A DNA stretch of 54,083 nucleotides. Origin: Candidatus Undinarchaeales archaeon SRR5007147.bin71. GTDB lineage: Archaea > Undinarchaeota > Undinarchaeia > Undinarchaeales > Undinarchaeaceae. The stretch is from assembly GCA_014189675.1 (NCBI GenBank), contig DVAE01000010.1, forward strand, positions 1 to 54,083. The letters run 5' to 3'. The position numbers were made by a program, and so were the translations under genes. How positions within the stretch are numbered: the first letter of the stretch is position 1; each line of letters begins with the position of its first letter. Shown one piece after another: positions 34,273-43,832 of this stretch. Below the pieces are notes generated by a model. It had not been told where the DNA came from. It searched no databases and saw only the letters and a list, made by a program, of their open reading frames with translations.

Positions 34273-35255
34273 GTCACATCCACATCATCTGTCCTGAATT
34301 TGGGATTTATCTTTGAATCTTTTATATCAATAGTATTATTAGATTTTAGCATAAGAAGGCCAGCCCAGGCAATCATCGCCCCATTATCCCCGCAGTGCTC
34401 TCTTGGACACCCGTAGTATTTTGCGCCTCTCTCCTCTGCCATTATCTCCAGCATCTTCTGAAGCTGTGAATTCGCAGCAACTCCGCCAGTAGCGAGAACT
34501 TCTTCCTTGTCAAGATGTGCCATCGCCCTCTCTGTTGCCTCTGTCAGCATAGCAAATGCTGTTTCCTGGAAAGAGTAGCAAAGATCTTCATCAGAATACT
34601 GCCCTGAGAGCTTTTTACGCTTAAGGTCAGAATAGAGTCCTGAAAAGCTCAAGTCCATTCCTTTGACGACATATGGAAGTTCAATGTAATTCTTTCCCTT
34701 AGAGGCAAGCTTCTCTATCTTTGGTCCTCCAGGATGCTGAAGTCCAAGAACACGGGAAAATGCATCCAGGCAATTTCCGACTGCGATATCCAGAGTTTCT
34801 CCAAAGACACGGTAGCGCCCCTCAGCGTATGCTATTACCTGAGAGTTTCCGCCAGATACATAGAGAATAACCGGATCTTTTGCGCCAGTTGTAACCTTTG
34901 CAATCTCAATGTGAGCAATGCAGTGATTTACTCCAATCAAGGGCTTCTTGTGTTTTAATGCGAGATATCTTGCTGCTGCTGCGCCGACACGAAGGCAGGG
35001 ACCGAGACCTGGACCCTGTGAAAAGGCAATTCCGTCTATATCATTGAAGGAGCAACTGGAAGCATCAAGAGACTCCTGTAAAACTTCTTCAAATTTTGAG
35101 GCAAGAAAATCAGCAGACTCGCTTGGCAGTATTCCGCCTTCCTCAGGAACATAGGTTTGGCGGGCGCTGGAAAGGACTTTTCCACCGTCCTCGACAACAC
35201 CAATACCAATGGTATGAGCTGTTGATTCTATTCCTAGAACACGCATATCATTCAT
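34263..35255 (-). CDS. kae1: tRNA N6-adenosine threonylcarbamoyltransferase Kae1
   Basis: VLGIESTAHT...GPGLGPCLRVG...NHCIAHIE...VSGGNSQ...GGVAAN. Start reset to ATG 35255/35246. Confidence 0.9.
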   Translation of the reverse strand: MNDMRVLGIESTAHTIGIGVVEDGGKVLSSARQTYVPEEGGILPSESADFLASKFEEVLQESLDASSCSFNDIDGIAFSQGPGLGPCLRVGAAAARYLALKHKKPLIGVNHCIAHIEIAKVTTGAKDPVILYVSGGNSQVIAYAEGRYRVFGETLDIAVGNCLDAFSRVLGLQHPGGPKIEKLASKGKNYIELPYVVKGMDLSFSGLYSDLKRKKLSGQYSDEDLCYSFQETAFAMLTEATERAMAHLDKEEVLATGGVAANSQLQKMLEIMAEERGAKYYGCPREHCGDNGAMIAWAGLLMLKSNNTIDIKDSKINPKFRTDDVDVTWL

Positions 35256-35307
35256 CTGTACTCGCTTGTATAAAAGGTTTAAAACCCGCAGAAACATAGA
35301 AAATGTC

Positions 35308-36465
35308 ATGGGAAAACTTGTGGGAGTAGTGGGAAAGCCAAATGCCGGAAAATCTACATTCTTTAATGCGAATACTCTAGGGAAGGCCGAAACAGGGAGC
35401 TATCCTTTTACGACAATAAAACCGAACCGCGGAGTCGGTTATATTAGAGCAGACTGCCCCTGCACTGAGCTAGGAAACTCCTGTGGAAAGTGTAAGAAAG
35501 GGACAAGATTCATTCCTGTTGAACTTTTCGACGTTGCTGGGCTTGTCCCGGACGCGCACAAAGGGCGCGGGCTTGGAAACCAGTTTCTCAACGACCTTGC
35601 ACAGGCGGACGCATTTATACACGTAGTCGACGCTTCAGGCTCGACTGATGTAGAGGGTCAGATCTGCGAGGCTGGAAGCCACAACCCAGAAGAAGATGTC
35701 ACTTTTTTGGAGAACGAACTGGACCTCTGGTTTCTTTCTCTGATAGAAAAGGGTTGGGGAAAGATAACGAGAGAGGCGGCGCATTCTAAGAAAGAAGTCC
35801 ACAAAGAGCTTGCAGATAAATTTTCAGGTATAAAGGTAAGGGAAGGGGAAATCCTAGCGGCGGCCAGAAAGGCGGAACTAGACTTAGAGAAGGCAAAGGA
35901 CTGGCCTGAGGAAGATTTGAAGAAATTTGCGACAGCTCTCCGGGAAGTATCTATGCCGATTCTGATTTGCGCCAATAAGATTGACCTAGAGACAGCAAAG
36001 GTTCTTGAGAACTCTGTTCCAACTTCTGCGGATTCCGAGCTGGCGCTGAGAAAGGCTAATGAAAGCGAAATAATAGATTATAAACCAGGAGATTCTGATT
36101 TCAAAGTTTTGGAGGCTTCTGATGAGCATATGAAAGTTCTGGAGATAATTAAGAGAGATGTCCTTGAGAAATACGGCAGCACAGGAGTTCAGCAGTGCCT
36201 TGAGAAAGTTGTTTCAGAGACTCTTAATTTGATTCCGGTCTATCCTGTCGAGGACGAGAACAAGCTGACGGACAAGAAGGGCAATGTTCTGCCTGATGTA
36301 CATCTTGTTCCTGCAGGTACAACGGCGAAGGACTTCGCTTATTTGATTCACACAGATATTGGAGATGCCTTCCTCTGTGGAATTGATGCAAGAACGAAGA
36401 AGAAGGTAGGAGCGGATTACGAGCTGAAAGCTGGTGACGTTATTAAGATTGTTGTGAAGAAATAA
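35308..36465 (+). CDS. Obg-like GTPase/ATPase (YchF/DRG family) with a C-terminal TGS domain
   Basis: G1 GKPNAGKST, G3 DVAGL, NKID. The TGS-like C-terminus reads ...LVPAGTTAKDFAYLIHTDIGDAF.... Confidence 0.8.
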   Translation: MGKLVGVVGKPNAGKSTFFNANTLGKAETGSYPFTTIKPNRGVGYIRADCPCTELGNSCGKCKKGTRFIPVELFDVAGLVPDAHKGRGLGNQFLNDLAQADAFIHVVDASGSTDVEGQICEAGSHNPEEDVTFLENELDLWFLSLIEKGWGKITREAAHSKKEVHKELADKFSGIKVREGEILAAARKAELDLEKAKDWPEEDLKKFATALREVSMPILICANKIDLETAKVLENSVPTSADSELALRKANESEIIDYKPGDSDFKVLEASDEHMKVLEIIKRDVLEKYGSTGVQQCLEKVVSETLNLIPVYPVEDENKLTDKKGNVLPDVHLVPAGTTAKDFAYLIHTDIGDAFLCGIDARTKKKVGADYELKAGDVIKIVVKK

Positions 36466-36551
36466 GTTAGACTCCTTTCAACTCTGATGAATATTTCACA
36501 GTAGAAAGGCGGGACTATAATTTGTATGTGCAAGCCTCTATAAATCGCTAT

Positions 36552-37217
36552 TTATTCCTCTTCACTTTCTTCATCTTCTTCTCTGGGTGCTTCGGTTTTC
36601 GGAACCGGAAGAACAAAGAAATTAATGAATTCTATAAGCCCGTAGAAGAGAGGATAGAACACAATCAATGTCAGAAAAGTCAGTTTATCGAAGGGATACA
36701 AACCGTACGCAACCGGAGTAAGGAGAATTGCAAAAAAGGATATTTCCCTGACACGGCCTATTATTCGGGCTATTTTTTTTCCGCTAGCCGCCTGAAAGAT
36801 TACCAGACCGCCATATACCGCCATGGAGAAGGCAAGGAAAATTTTTGCACTAAAGTATGCAGCGGATTGCGTCACCGAATAGCCGACATAGGCGGCACGT
36901 CCCCAGTCAAAGGCGACCCAGAGCCCTGTGAAGCCGTTTGAGGCAGCATTTCCAAGTGTTGCCCCCCTTCTCTCCTGGAAATAGTCAGAAGAAATCCAGT
37001 TAAGGTAGAGAGGAGCAAGAGAAAGCATCATCACATAATTTCCCTTGACCGCAGTAAGCAAATCTAAAAGTCTTGTCCAGAGAGCAGTAAAAGGCGCATA
37101 GGAAAGTCCTAATGACGCATAAATAATTAGCAAAAGAATTCCGAGAGCTCCCGCCAGCCTGTGGGAAGGATATTGCCCCTCATCACCGGTGCCCATCAAA
37201 TCGTCCAGCCAACTCAT
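36552..37217 (-). CDS. Hypothetical multi-pass membrane protein with an acidic C-tail
   Basis: Several hydrophobic helices. It is preferred over the overlapping plus-strand ORF 36522..36941, which is compositionally odd. Confidence 0.55.
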   Translation of the reverse strand: MSWLDDLMGTGDEGQYPSHRLAGALGILLLIIYASLGLSYAPFTALWTRLLDLLTAVKGNYVMMLSLAPLYLNWISSDYFQERRGATLGNAASNGFTGLWVAFDWGRAAYVGYSVTQSAAYFSAKIFLAFSMAVYGGLVIFQAASGKKIARIIGRVREISFFAILLTPVAYGLYPFDKLTFLTLIVFYPLFYGLIEFINFFVLPVPKTEAPREEDEESEEE

Positions 37218-37333
37218 AAGTTCATTAATGACTATTATCTTAAAAACTTAACTAAAATCCACCAGCCTCCTTTGCAGAAAGGGAATGTACTGACAGGAGG
37301 TAGTTTCATAAAAGCGTTTTGTAGTCAGATTAT

Positions 37334-38434
37334 TTATTCATATCGCAATGCTTCAATTGGGTCGATATTCATGGCCTGTCTGGCTGGAAGGAAACTTCCG
37401 AGAGCGCCAAGAAATCCGGAATAGAGAATTGAGATCATTATAAGACGGCCAGTTACCTCCATCAAACGCGTATCGAGGTAAATATTAAGGCTCTTTGCCA
37501 GAACAAAACTGACTAGAACTCCTAAAGTTCCACCTATTAAGCTCATTGCAACAGATTCTGTAATAACTTCAGAAAGAACTTGTTTGTTTGTTGCCCCGAT
37601 TGCTTTCATTGCCCCTATTTCAGTAGTTCTCTCGCTGACTGACATGAACATCACATTCATTATGACAATTCCCGCAACAAGTGAAGAAATTATGCCAATG
37701 GCATAAATTGCAATGTTGAGAGTCCCCATAAGATCTTGAATCTGTCGCATCATTTCTTTGTCAGACAGAGCCATAACATCAAATTCATCTATAATCTGAT
37801 TTGCAACATTTTCTGCATCATCTATATTTGCGGATTTTACGGAAATCATCATTACAGTATCCTCTTTTCCGCTCAGCCTCTGAGTCTCTTCAAGGGGCAT
37901 AAAGATACTGCTATCATCACCGGCGCTTCCTATAGTTTCTAGAACACCGACAACCTCATATTTTTTATTATAGACTATAACTTCGTCACCTACAGCTTTA
38001 TCGTGCCGTTTCGCATAAGTTGAACCGAGTACAATTTCACGGTCAGATGCATCATTGTACATTTCCCCGTCACTAAAACCTACATCAAAGCCATAGACAT
38101 CAAAAGCGTCAGAGTCCATCCCTGCAATAATTCCGGCATCAGAAATTTCCATTGTAAAAGCCCTTGCCATTTCAACATCAGCCATAGCCTCTATTTCGCC
38201 AACTATAGACTCATCAAGCTCGCTTGTAAAGGGGTCTGTCATTGAAGCACCTTCTTCCATAACGACGACGACGCCGGAAAAGAGACCCATATTTTCTTCC
38301 AAAGTAACTCTTAGCCCCTCTGAAAAGGAAACCGTGCTGGACAGGAGGAAAATACCGATAAAAATACTCAATATAGTAAGCGCAGTCCTTAGCTTGTGTC
38401 TTGACAACTGAGCGAAGACCACTTCCCAGAGCAT
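37334..38434 (-). CDS. ABC transporter permease, FtsX/MacB-type
   Basis: N-terminal TM, large periplasmic-type domain, and a C-terminal FtsX 3-TM bundle (ERTTEIGAMKAIGAT). ATG 38434 is preferred. Confidence 0.85.
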   Translation of the reverse strand: MLWEVVFAQLSRHKLRTALTILSIFIGIFLLSSTVSFSEGLRVTLEENMGLFSGVVVVMEEGASMTDPFTSELDESIVGEIEAMADVEMARAFTMEISDAGIIAGMDSDAFDVYGFDVGFSDGEMYNDASDREIVLGSTYAKRHDKAVGDEVIVYNKKYEVVGVLETIGSAGDDSSIFMPLEETQRLSGKEDTVMMISVKSANIDDAENVANQIIDEFDVMALSDKEMMRQIQDLMGTLNIAIYAIGIISSLVAGIVIMNVMFMSVSERTTEIGAMKAIGATNKQVLSEVITESVAMSLIGGTLGVLVSFVLAKSLNIYLDTRLMEVTGRLIMISILYSGFLGALGSFLPARQAMNIDPIEALRYE

Positions 38435-38435
38435 A

Positions 38436-39536
38436 TTAATTACCCCGTATAGCCGTAATTGGGTCAACCTTTAGAGCCTTCATGGCAGGATATATTGTTG
38501 CTATAATTGTTATTGACATTGCGAACATTAGGCTGAAAGATGCCAAACCAGGAGTAACACGAGCCATTTTCATACCGATCTGGACATTAAGAGCTGAGGT
38601 TCCTAGATAACCAAAAAAGAGACCTATGAAGCCCCCAATAAGGCCCATCATAATACTTTCCTCAAAAAAGCGCATGACTATCTGCCTTTTAGTAGCTCCG
38701 ACAGCCTTCATTATTCCTATCTGACGACGCTTCTCATGAACAGACATCACCATCGTATTTACTATCCCAAACATTGCAACAAGAGTTGCAACAAAACCAA
38801 TTCCGAGAGTTATCAAACGAATTTGCTGTATTGACTCTTTTGCATTCTCAGAAACACTTTCAGTAGTTTCCACACTTAATTCAGGAAATTCTTCTTTTAT
38901 TTTTTCTGAAATTTCTTTGCTTATGCTCAAATCCTGTGGCTTCACGAAAACTAGTGTAAAATAATCTTCTTCCCCGAAAATTTCATTTAATGTTGTCCAG
39001 GAAGTTATGAGAGCAAAATCCATGAAACCGCCAACTTCCTCAAGATGACCTACAACACGAAGGTCTTCACCTTCAACAGATACTGAATCCCCAAGGTTTA
39101 AGTCGTACTGCTCTTTGGCATGATAACCCATAGTAACTTCGTAAGAACCTACTTCAGCCCAGTCACCCTCTTCAAGTTCAACCTGCCCAAGGCCAATGGA
39201 ATCGCGTTTGTCAATTTCAACACCATTTATCATAAAATCCCCCCAATGTTCAAGACGCATACCAGCCACTTCTTCAACGCCAGAAATTTGCCTTATTTCA
39301 TCAATGACATCTTCGCTAACTTTTCCTGACGGAGGTCCTGACGCAGGCTCTGCCCCGTGTTGGGTAACCACAATTTTTCCAGAAACAATGTTGAGCTGAC
39401 CCTCAACAAGGCTGTTTATACCAGAGGAAATTGAACCAAGAGAAACTATGGTTGTGATACCGATAACTATCCCCAGAATTGTGAGAAAGGTACGCATCCT
39501 GTGACTTCTAAGATCTTTCAGCGCCAGGTCTATCAT
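38436..39536 (-). CDS. ABC transporter permease, FtsX/MacB-type (paralog)
   Basis: HEKRRQIGIMKAVGAT motif and the same architecture. Confidence 0.85.
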   Translation of the reverse strand: MIDLALKDLRSHRMRTFLTILGIVIGITTIVSLGSISSGINSLVEGQLNIVSGKIVVTQHGAEPASGPPSGKVSEDVIDEIRQISGVEEVAGMRLEHWGDFMINGVEIDKRDSIGLGQVELEEGDWAEVGSYEVTMGYHAKEQYDLNLGDSVSVEGEDLRVVGHLEEVGGFMDFALITSWTTLNEIFGEEDYFTLVFVKPQDLSISKEISEKIKEEFPELSVETTESVSENAKESIQQIRLITLGIGFVATLVAMFGIVNTMVMSVHEKRRQIGIMKAVGATKRQIVMRFFEESIMMGLIGGFIGLFFGYLGTSALNVQIGMKMARVTPGLASFSLMFAMSITIIATIYPAMKALKVDPITAIRGN

Positions 39537-39546
39537 TTAAATTCCC

Positions 39547-40698
39547 CTATGCTTTTTTCTTGGAAGGCATAAAGGGCAGGCGGGACTTACCCTTCTTTTT
39601 GCGATAAATGTAAATAGTTTCAGCAGCAACCAGTAACAATAGTAGAATTGTCAAGGTGTTAAGAGGAGCACCCTTCCAAGGAACTTCAACATAAACTGTT
39701 TCATCATACTCTTGGTTTTCGTCATCAAGATAGTGAAGTTCCAGTTGTCCGGTTCCTCCCTTGAAATTCTTGAATCTTAGTGTTGAAAGCTTATCAGGTT
39801 TAAGCTCGTTGTCTATTTTAACTCCCATAAGCTTCCCATTCTGGATGAGCTTCACAGATATAGCCTTAGCCTTTGCTGTTCCAAGATTTTCAATCTCAAC
39901 TTTGAAATCTTCATTATCCAGCTCAGTATTCAAAACTTCAAGATTCGGAACGCCCTTGACAGGAAGACCGAGACTAAGTGTTTCAGTGTATTTGTTGCCC
40001 TTTGAGTCCTTGTATGACAGCTCTATCTCTGAATCGTAGACCTTGGCCTCTGTGCCACTCTCGACCTCAATAATAAACTCAAGCACGCTTGACCGAGAAG
40101 AGAGAATTGAAGAAATAAAGTCCGTTCCGCCCTCAAGTACGGATTTTACCTCTGCACTAGAAGAGCTGAAGGTAGCAAGTATTTCCTTGGCATCATCACT
40201 GCCAATGTTTGAAAGAGTCACATAAGTCCTAGATGTTTGCCCTGGCTCGAGGAGGCCACCTTCATAAGTCACAGCGGAAATCCTGAAAAGGACATTGCTT
40301 CCGACATCAAAGTCAAAACTAGTCACAAGATTTTGTTCAACACTATTTAGAAGATACTTTATCAAAAAAGAAAGTGTATGCTTACCTGAACTTGCATCAC
40401 CTGAAACTGTGACAGGAATATTGTGGGAAACTGAGCTTCCGGCAGCCACTCCACCTAGAAGTGTAACGCCTGAAGGAAAGCCTGCGAGGTCAGGTCCGCC
40501 TACCACTTCGTACTGGACATTTGTGATACCGTTTGCGCCTGTGTTTTCAAGAATCATGCGAAACTCGAAAGTTTCCCCAGGCTGGATATTTTCCTCAGGC
40601 AGGAGGTATGTTGCAGTGAGAGGCCCTTCAAGAGCATAAGTTGCTTGTGACATTGCAAGCAAAAGAATGAATAATACCAGTATCTTTTTTATTTCCAT
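39547..40698 (-). CDS. Secreted, C-terminally anchored protein with CARDB/COG1361-type beta-sandwich repeats
   Basis: Signal peptide MEIKKILVLFILLLAMSQATYA, repeated F.V.L.N.G segments, and a C-terminal TM plus basic tail. Confidence 0.65.
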   Translation of the reverse strand: MEIKKILVLFILLLAMSQATYALEGPLTATYLLPEENIQPGETFEFRMILENTGANGITNVQYEVVGGPDLAGFPSGVTLLGGVAAGSSVSHNIPVTVSGDASSGKHTLSFLIKYLLNSVEQNLVTSFDFDVGSNVLFRISAVTYEGGLLEPGQTSRTYVTLSNIGSDDAKEILATFSSSSAEVKSVLEGGTDFISSILSSRSSVLEFIIEVESGTEAKVYDSEIELSYKDSKGNKYTETLSLGLPVKGVPNLEVLNTELDNEDFKVEIENLGTAKAKAISVKLIQNGKLMGVKIDNELKPDKLSTLRFKNFKGGTGQLELHYLDDENQEYDETVYVEVPWKGAPLNTLTILLLLLVAAETIYIYRKKKGKSRLPFMPSKKKA

Positions 40699-41375
40699 GA
40701 TTTCTGAATTTTCCCGTCTTTAATATATATCTTTCTGTCTGCGTCTTCCGCTATCTTTTTGTCATGAGTGATTGTAACAAGGGTTTTTTTCTTCTTTGAA
40801 TTCAAATGATTAAGAAGATCGACAATCTCTCTGCTTGTCTTTGAGTCCAGATTTCCAGTAGGTTCATCAGCCAATATAGCGTCAGGGTTATTAACGAGAG
40901 CTCTTGCAATAGCAACACGCTGCTGCTGACCCCCAGAAAGCTCTGTTGGTTTGTGAAGCATTCTGTCCTCAAGACCAAGAGCCTTGAGATTCTTGGCCGC
41001 TTCCTTCTCTGCCTCCTCTTTTGTAGCTCCCGCAAAACGTTGGGGGAGAGAAACATTTTCAAGAGCTGTCAGACCAGATACAAGATTGTAGGACTGGAAA
41101 ACGAAGCCAAGTTTGACTCTCCTTATACGAGCAAGTTCATTTGAAGAAAGTTTTGAAACATCTTTTCCTTCTACAAAAACCTTCCCACTAGTAGGAGAAT
41201 CGAGGCAGCCAAGCATGTGCATAATAGTGCTTTTTCCGGAACCGCTTTGTCCAATGATGGACACATATTCTCCCTTCTTTACCTTAAGAGAGGCTCCAGC
41301 GAGGGCGTGAGTCTTTGTATCACCCATAATATAGGTTTTCCAAACATCCTCAGCCCTGAACATAATCTCAGCCAT
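40689..41375 (-). CDS. ABC transporter ATP-binding protein (MacB/LolD-type)
   Basis: GQSGSGKST, LSGGQQQRVAIARAL, ILADEPTGNLD. Confidence 0.9.
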   Translation of the reverse strand: MAEIMFRAEDVWKTYIMGDTKTHALAGASLKVKKGEYVSIIGQSGSGKSTIMHMLGCLDSPTSGKVFVEGKDVSKLSSNELARIRRVKLGFVFQSYNLVSGLTALENVSLPQRFAGATKEEAEKEAAKNLKALGLEDRMLHKPTELSGGQQQRVAIARALVNNPDAILADEPTGNLDSKTSREIVDLLNHLNSKKKKTLVTITHDKKIAEDADRKIYIKDGKIQKSWK

Positions 41376-41379
41376 AAGC

Positions 41380-42159
41380 TCAATATTTCCTGGAGATATT
41401 TATAATATCCTCAGGACTGAGATTGAAGACCTTTGTCTGTGCTATCTCCCCAAGAGACTGCACAAAACGGGAAACTTCTTCCTTTGTTCCAATTTCGTGG
41501 TGTGAATCCATCAAAGCATTTCTGAGTTTCTTATTTTTGTGTTGGAAAATTGCCCTTGTTATATCTGCGAACTTCCTAGGAAGAACTATGTTTTTCGGTC
41601 GAAGCCTTACAAAGGCTGAATCAACCAGAGGAACTGGAAAGAATTTTCCTTTTGGAACTGTTTCCAGAAACTCTACATCTGCCCTTACTGCGCAGTTAAC
41701 AGAGAGTCTTGAGTAATTTTTTGTTCCGGGCTCAGCAACCATTCTCTTTGCAAACTCCTTCTGAAGACAGAGAACAGCAAGCTCAATCGGCTGTTCAAGT
41801 ATCTTGAAAATCAGAGGACTTGAGATAGAATAAGGAACATTTGAAATTATTTTGTTGCATTCCGGCCATTCAACTTTAAGAGCGTCGCCGATTATGACTT
41901 CCTCTACATTTTTCTGTAGAATGGGTGTGAATTTTGAGTCAATTTCTATGACTGCCAAATTACCTGTTTTTTCGAGTATTTTCTCAGTAAGGGTTCCAAT
42001 ACCAGGACCTATCTCGAGAAGCTTGTCTTCAGAATTTATTTCGGCGTATTCAACCTCTCGCTCGAGTATTGAATCACCATAGAGAAAATGCTGATCCAGT
42101 GACTTGGACAGAAAAAAATTATTCTCTTTTAGAATTTTCTTGAGATCTTGAAGAAGCAT
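41380..42159 (-). CDS. ksgA: 16S rRNA (adenine1518/1519-N6)-dimethyltransferase KsgA/Dim1
   Basis: LDQHFL..., EIGPGIGTLT SAM motif, NVPYSISSPL. Confidence 0.9.
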   Translation of the reverse strand: MLLQDLKKILKENNFFLSKSLDQHFLYGDSILEREVEYAEINSEDKLLEIGPGIGTLTEKILEKTGNLAVIEIDSKFTPILQKNVEEVIIGDALKVEWPECNKIISNVPYSISSPLIFKILEQPIELAVLCLQKEFAKRMVAEPGTKNYSRLSVNCAVRADVEFLETVPKGKFFPVPLVDSAFVRLRPKNIVLPRKFADITRAIFQHKNKKLRNALMDSHHEIGTKEEVSRFVQSLGEIAQTKVFNLSPEDIINISRKY

Positions 42160-42836
42160 TATTCCTTCGAAGCTTCAGGCTCCGGTTTCGATTCTTTTAC
42201 TGCCTCTTCTTCAGGAGCTTCCTCAGGCAGCTCTTCCTGTGCCGGCACATCATCCGCAAACAGTGGAACTCCGACCAGAAGCTTATATTTGATTTGCTTT
42301 CCTCGGTCATCTTCTCCTCTAAGCTCCCAAATTATTCTTTTGATGAGAAGCTTCTTTGGATCAGGGAGTAGTTTAACTCGCCCTGTCAAATCCGCAAAGC
42401 TCTCGAAAAGTTTCATATTTCTAATTCTGACTAGCTCCATCATGTGCTTCTTACCTACTCCAGGGAGAAGCTCAAGCCTGTGAAGCCTAGTAGTTAGAGG
42501 ACCGCATTCATTGAAGAATTTTATGAAACGCTCTTCCTGCTCACTTATCAGCTTGTCAAGAGTAAATTCTAGTTCAACCTTTCCTGTTGAAGTAAGCTCA
42601 TTGTAATTTAGGCGCTTGACTATATGATGAACGTCTTCTCTGACACCCTTTCCGATGTAGAGAACCTTGCTGGCACTTGTTGAACGACCTTCCCTTAGAA
42701 CTACCTCAAGAAGACTGAAAAACCTGTTGCCAATTATCTGGGCCACATTCTTTTCCCTTCTGTAACCAGGGATATTTGACTCCATTCTTCCCTCTGGTAA
42801 GTAATCTAGAACTATCGCAGTCTCATCAGATGGCAT
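42159..42836 (-). CDS. DUF655 (COG1491) putative RNA-binding protein
   Basis: AIVLDYLPEG...LLEV...HRLELLPGVGKKHM (HhH-like). It holds the conserved position between rpoF and ksgA. Confidence 0.8.
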   Translation of the reverse strand: MPSDETAIVLDYLPEGRMESNIPGYRREKNVAQIIGNRFFSLLEVVLREGRSTSASKVLYIGKGVREDVHHIVKRLNYNELTSTGKVELEFTLDKLISEQEERFIKFFNECGPLTTRLHRLELLPGVGKKHMMELVRIRNMKLFESFADLTGRVKLLPDPKKLLIKRIIWELRGEDDRGKQIKYKLLVGVPLFADDVPAQEELPEEAPEEEAVKESKPEPEASKE

Positions 42837-42838
42837 GG

Positions 42839-43177
42839 TTACCCCCTATACTTCCCGACAATGTCAAGTAATTTGGAGATTTCCTCATCTGAGAGAACAA
42901 AATGCTCCTTTGAAAATAGAAGTTTAATCTCGTCGGCATTGGACGGTAAAAGGTCAGACAGGGATATTGCGTGCCTTCGTGAAAGTTTCTCAAGACCCTC
43001 AACCTCAGTTATTAGCTTTTCTGCCTTTTTTTTGTCGAGCTTTGCGAATTTGTTGCAATAATCCATAGTGAGTGTCTGCTCGTAAGTAAGCTCTCCTTCT
43101 TTCTGGCGGGCCTCAGTAAGCTCTTTGACCTCTGCAAGAGTTACCGGCTCCTGTGACAAAACTCTTTTTCCTATCAT
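42839..43177 (-). CDS. rpoF: DNA-directed RNA polymerase subunit Rpo4 (RpoF)
   Basis: About 112 aa, helical, in the conserved position after rpl21e. Pattern LAEVKELTE.... Confidence 0.8.
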   Translation of the reverse strand: MIGKRVLSQEPVTLAEVKELTEARQKEGELTYEQTLTMDYCNKFAKLDKKKAEKLITEVEGLEKLSRRHAISLSDLLPSNADEIKLLFSKEHFVLSDEEISKLLDIVGKYRG

Positions 43178-43464
43178 TTTTTCACCTGCTCTTTTACCTT
43201 TAGAAGATGCTCAGGACGTGCTAAGAGCGTCTTATTCTTATTTCCGTCATTTATTGAAACAAGATACGCCCTTCCTCTTCGTCCTTCAACAATACCCTGC
43301 TGCCCATGGTATTTTGGGTGTGGCATACCGGAATGAACTGAAGGATTGAGTTTTACTACCACTCGAGCTCCATCTGAAAGTTTTTTCAAAGCCTCTGCTA
43401 TTGAAAATCTTCCCCCTCGAAGCTTGTGCCTGCTTCTAGACCTAAATCCCTTAGAATGCTTCAT
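43174..43464 (-). CDS. rpl21e: Ribosomal protein eL21
   Basis: MKHSKGFRSRSRHKL... is the canonical L21e start. Confidence 0.9.
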   Translation of the reverse strand: MKHSKGFRSRSRHKLRGGRFSIAEALKKLSDGARVVVKLNPSVHSGMPHPKYHGQQGIVEGRRGRAYLVSINDGNKNKTLLARPEHLLKVKEQVKK

Positions 43465-43553
43465 CGCGTTTATTCCATAGGAAATCCTTTATATATAGCT
43501 TTCTGTGAATTTTGACCAACACATATTTAAGGGTAAAATAAGTATAGGGAATT

Positions 43554-43796
43554 GTGAACCCGATAATAATTGCAATTATTGCACTTATCGCAATATTTTT
43601 CCTTTTGAGAGCGATAAAGAAAGGGCGAAAGCAGGGATTCAGCAAAGGAGTTACGGCAGGAAAGAAGATTGAAGCTGACAAGCCAAAAGCTGACGATGGT
43701 TCAGGAAAGGAAGGCAAGTTGGCTGAGGCTGCTAAAATAATAAACAGGCCACCAAAGAAGGATAAAGATAAGAAGAAAGAAGAAAACAAAGACTAA
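43554..43796 (+). CDS. Small single-pass membrane protein with a lysine-rich tail
   Basis: GTG start about 27 nt after ATATTTAA. NPIIIAIIALIAIFFLL TM, then a K/D/E-rich tail. Confidence 0.4.
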   Translation: MNPIIIAIIALIAIFFLLRAIKKGRKQGFSKGVTAGKKIEADKPKADDGSGKEGKLAEAAKIINRPPKKDKDKKKEENKD

Positions 43797-43832
43797 GTAA
43801 ACTTTTAATAGGCAGACTCATTATACGCACTT

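Noticed and set aside
36522-36941. 139-aa plus-strand ORF
   Set aside because: It overlaps the 221-aa minus-strand membrane protein, which has regular TM helices. The plus-frame product has an odd composition.
42148-42483. 111-aa plus-strand S-rich ORF, and similar shadows at 43451..43789 and 43805..44062
   Set aside because: They are antisense to DUF655, the K-rich small protein and trkA respectively, and are low-complexity Ser/Leu/Phe-rich.
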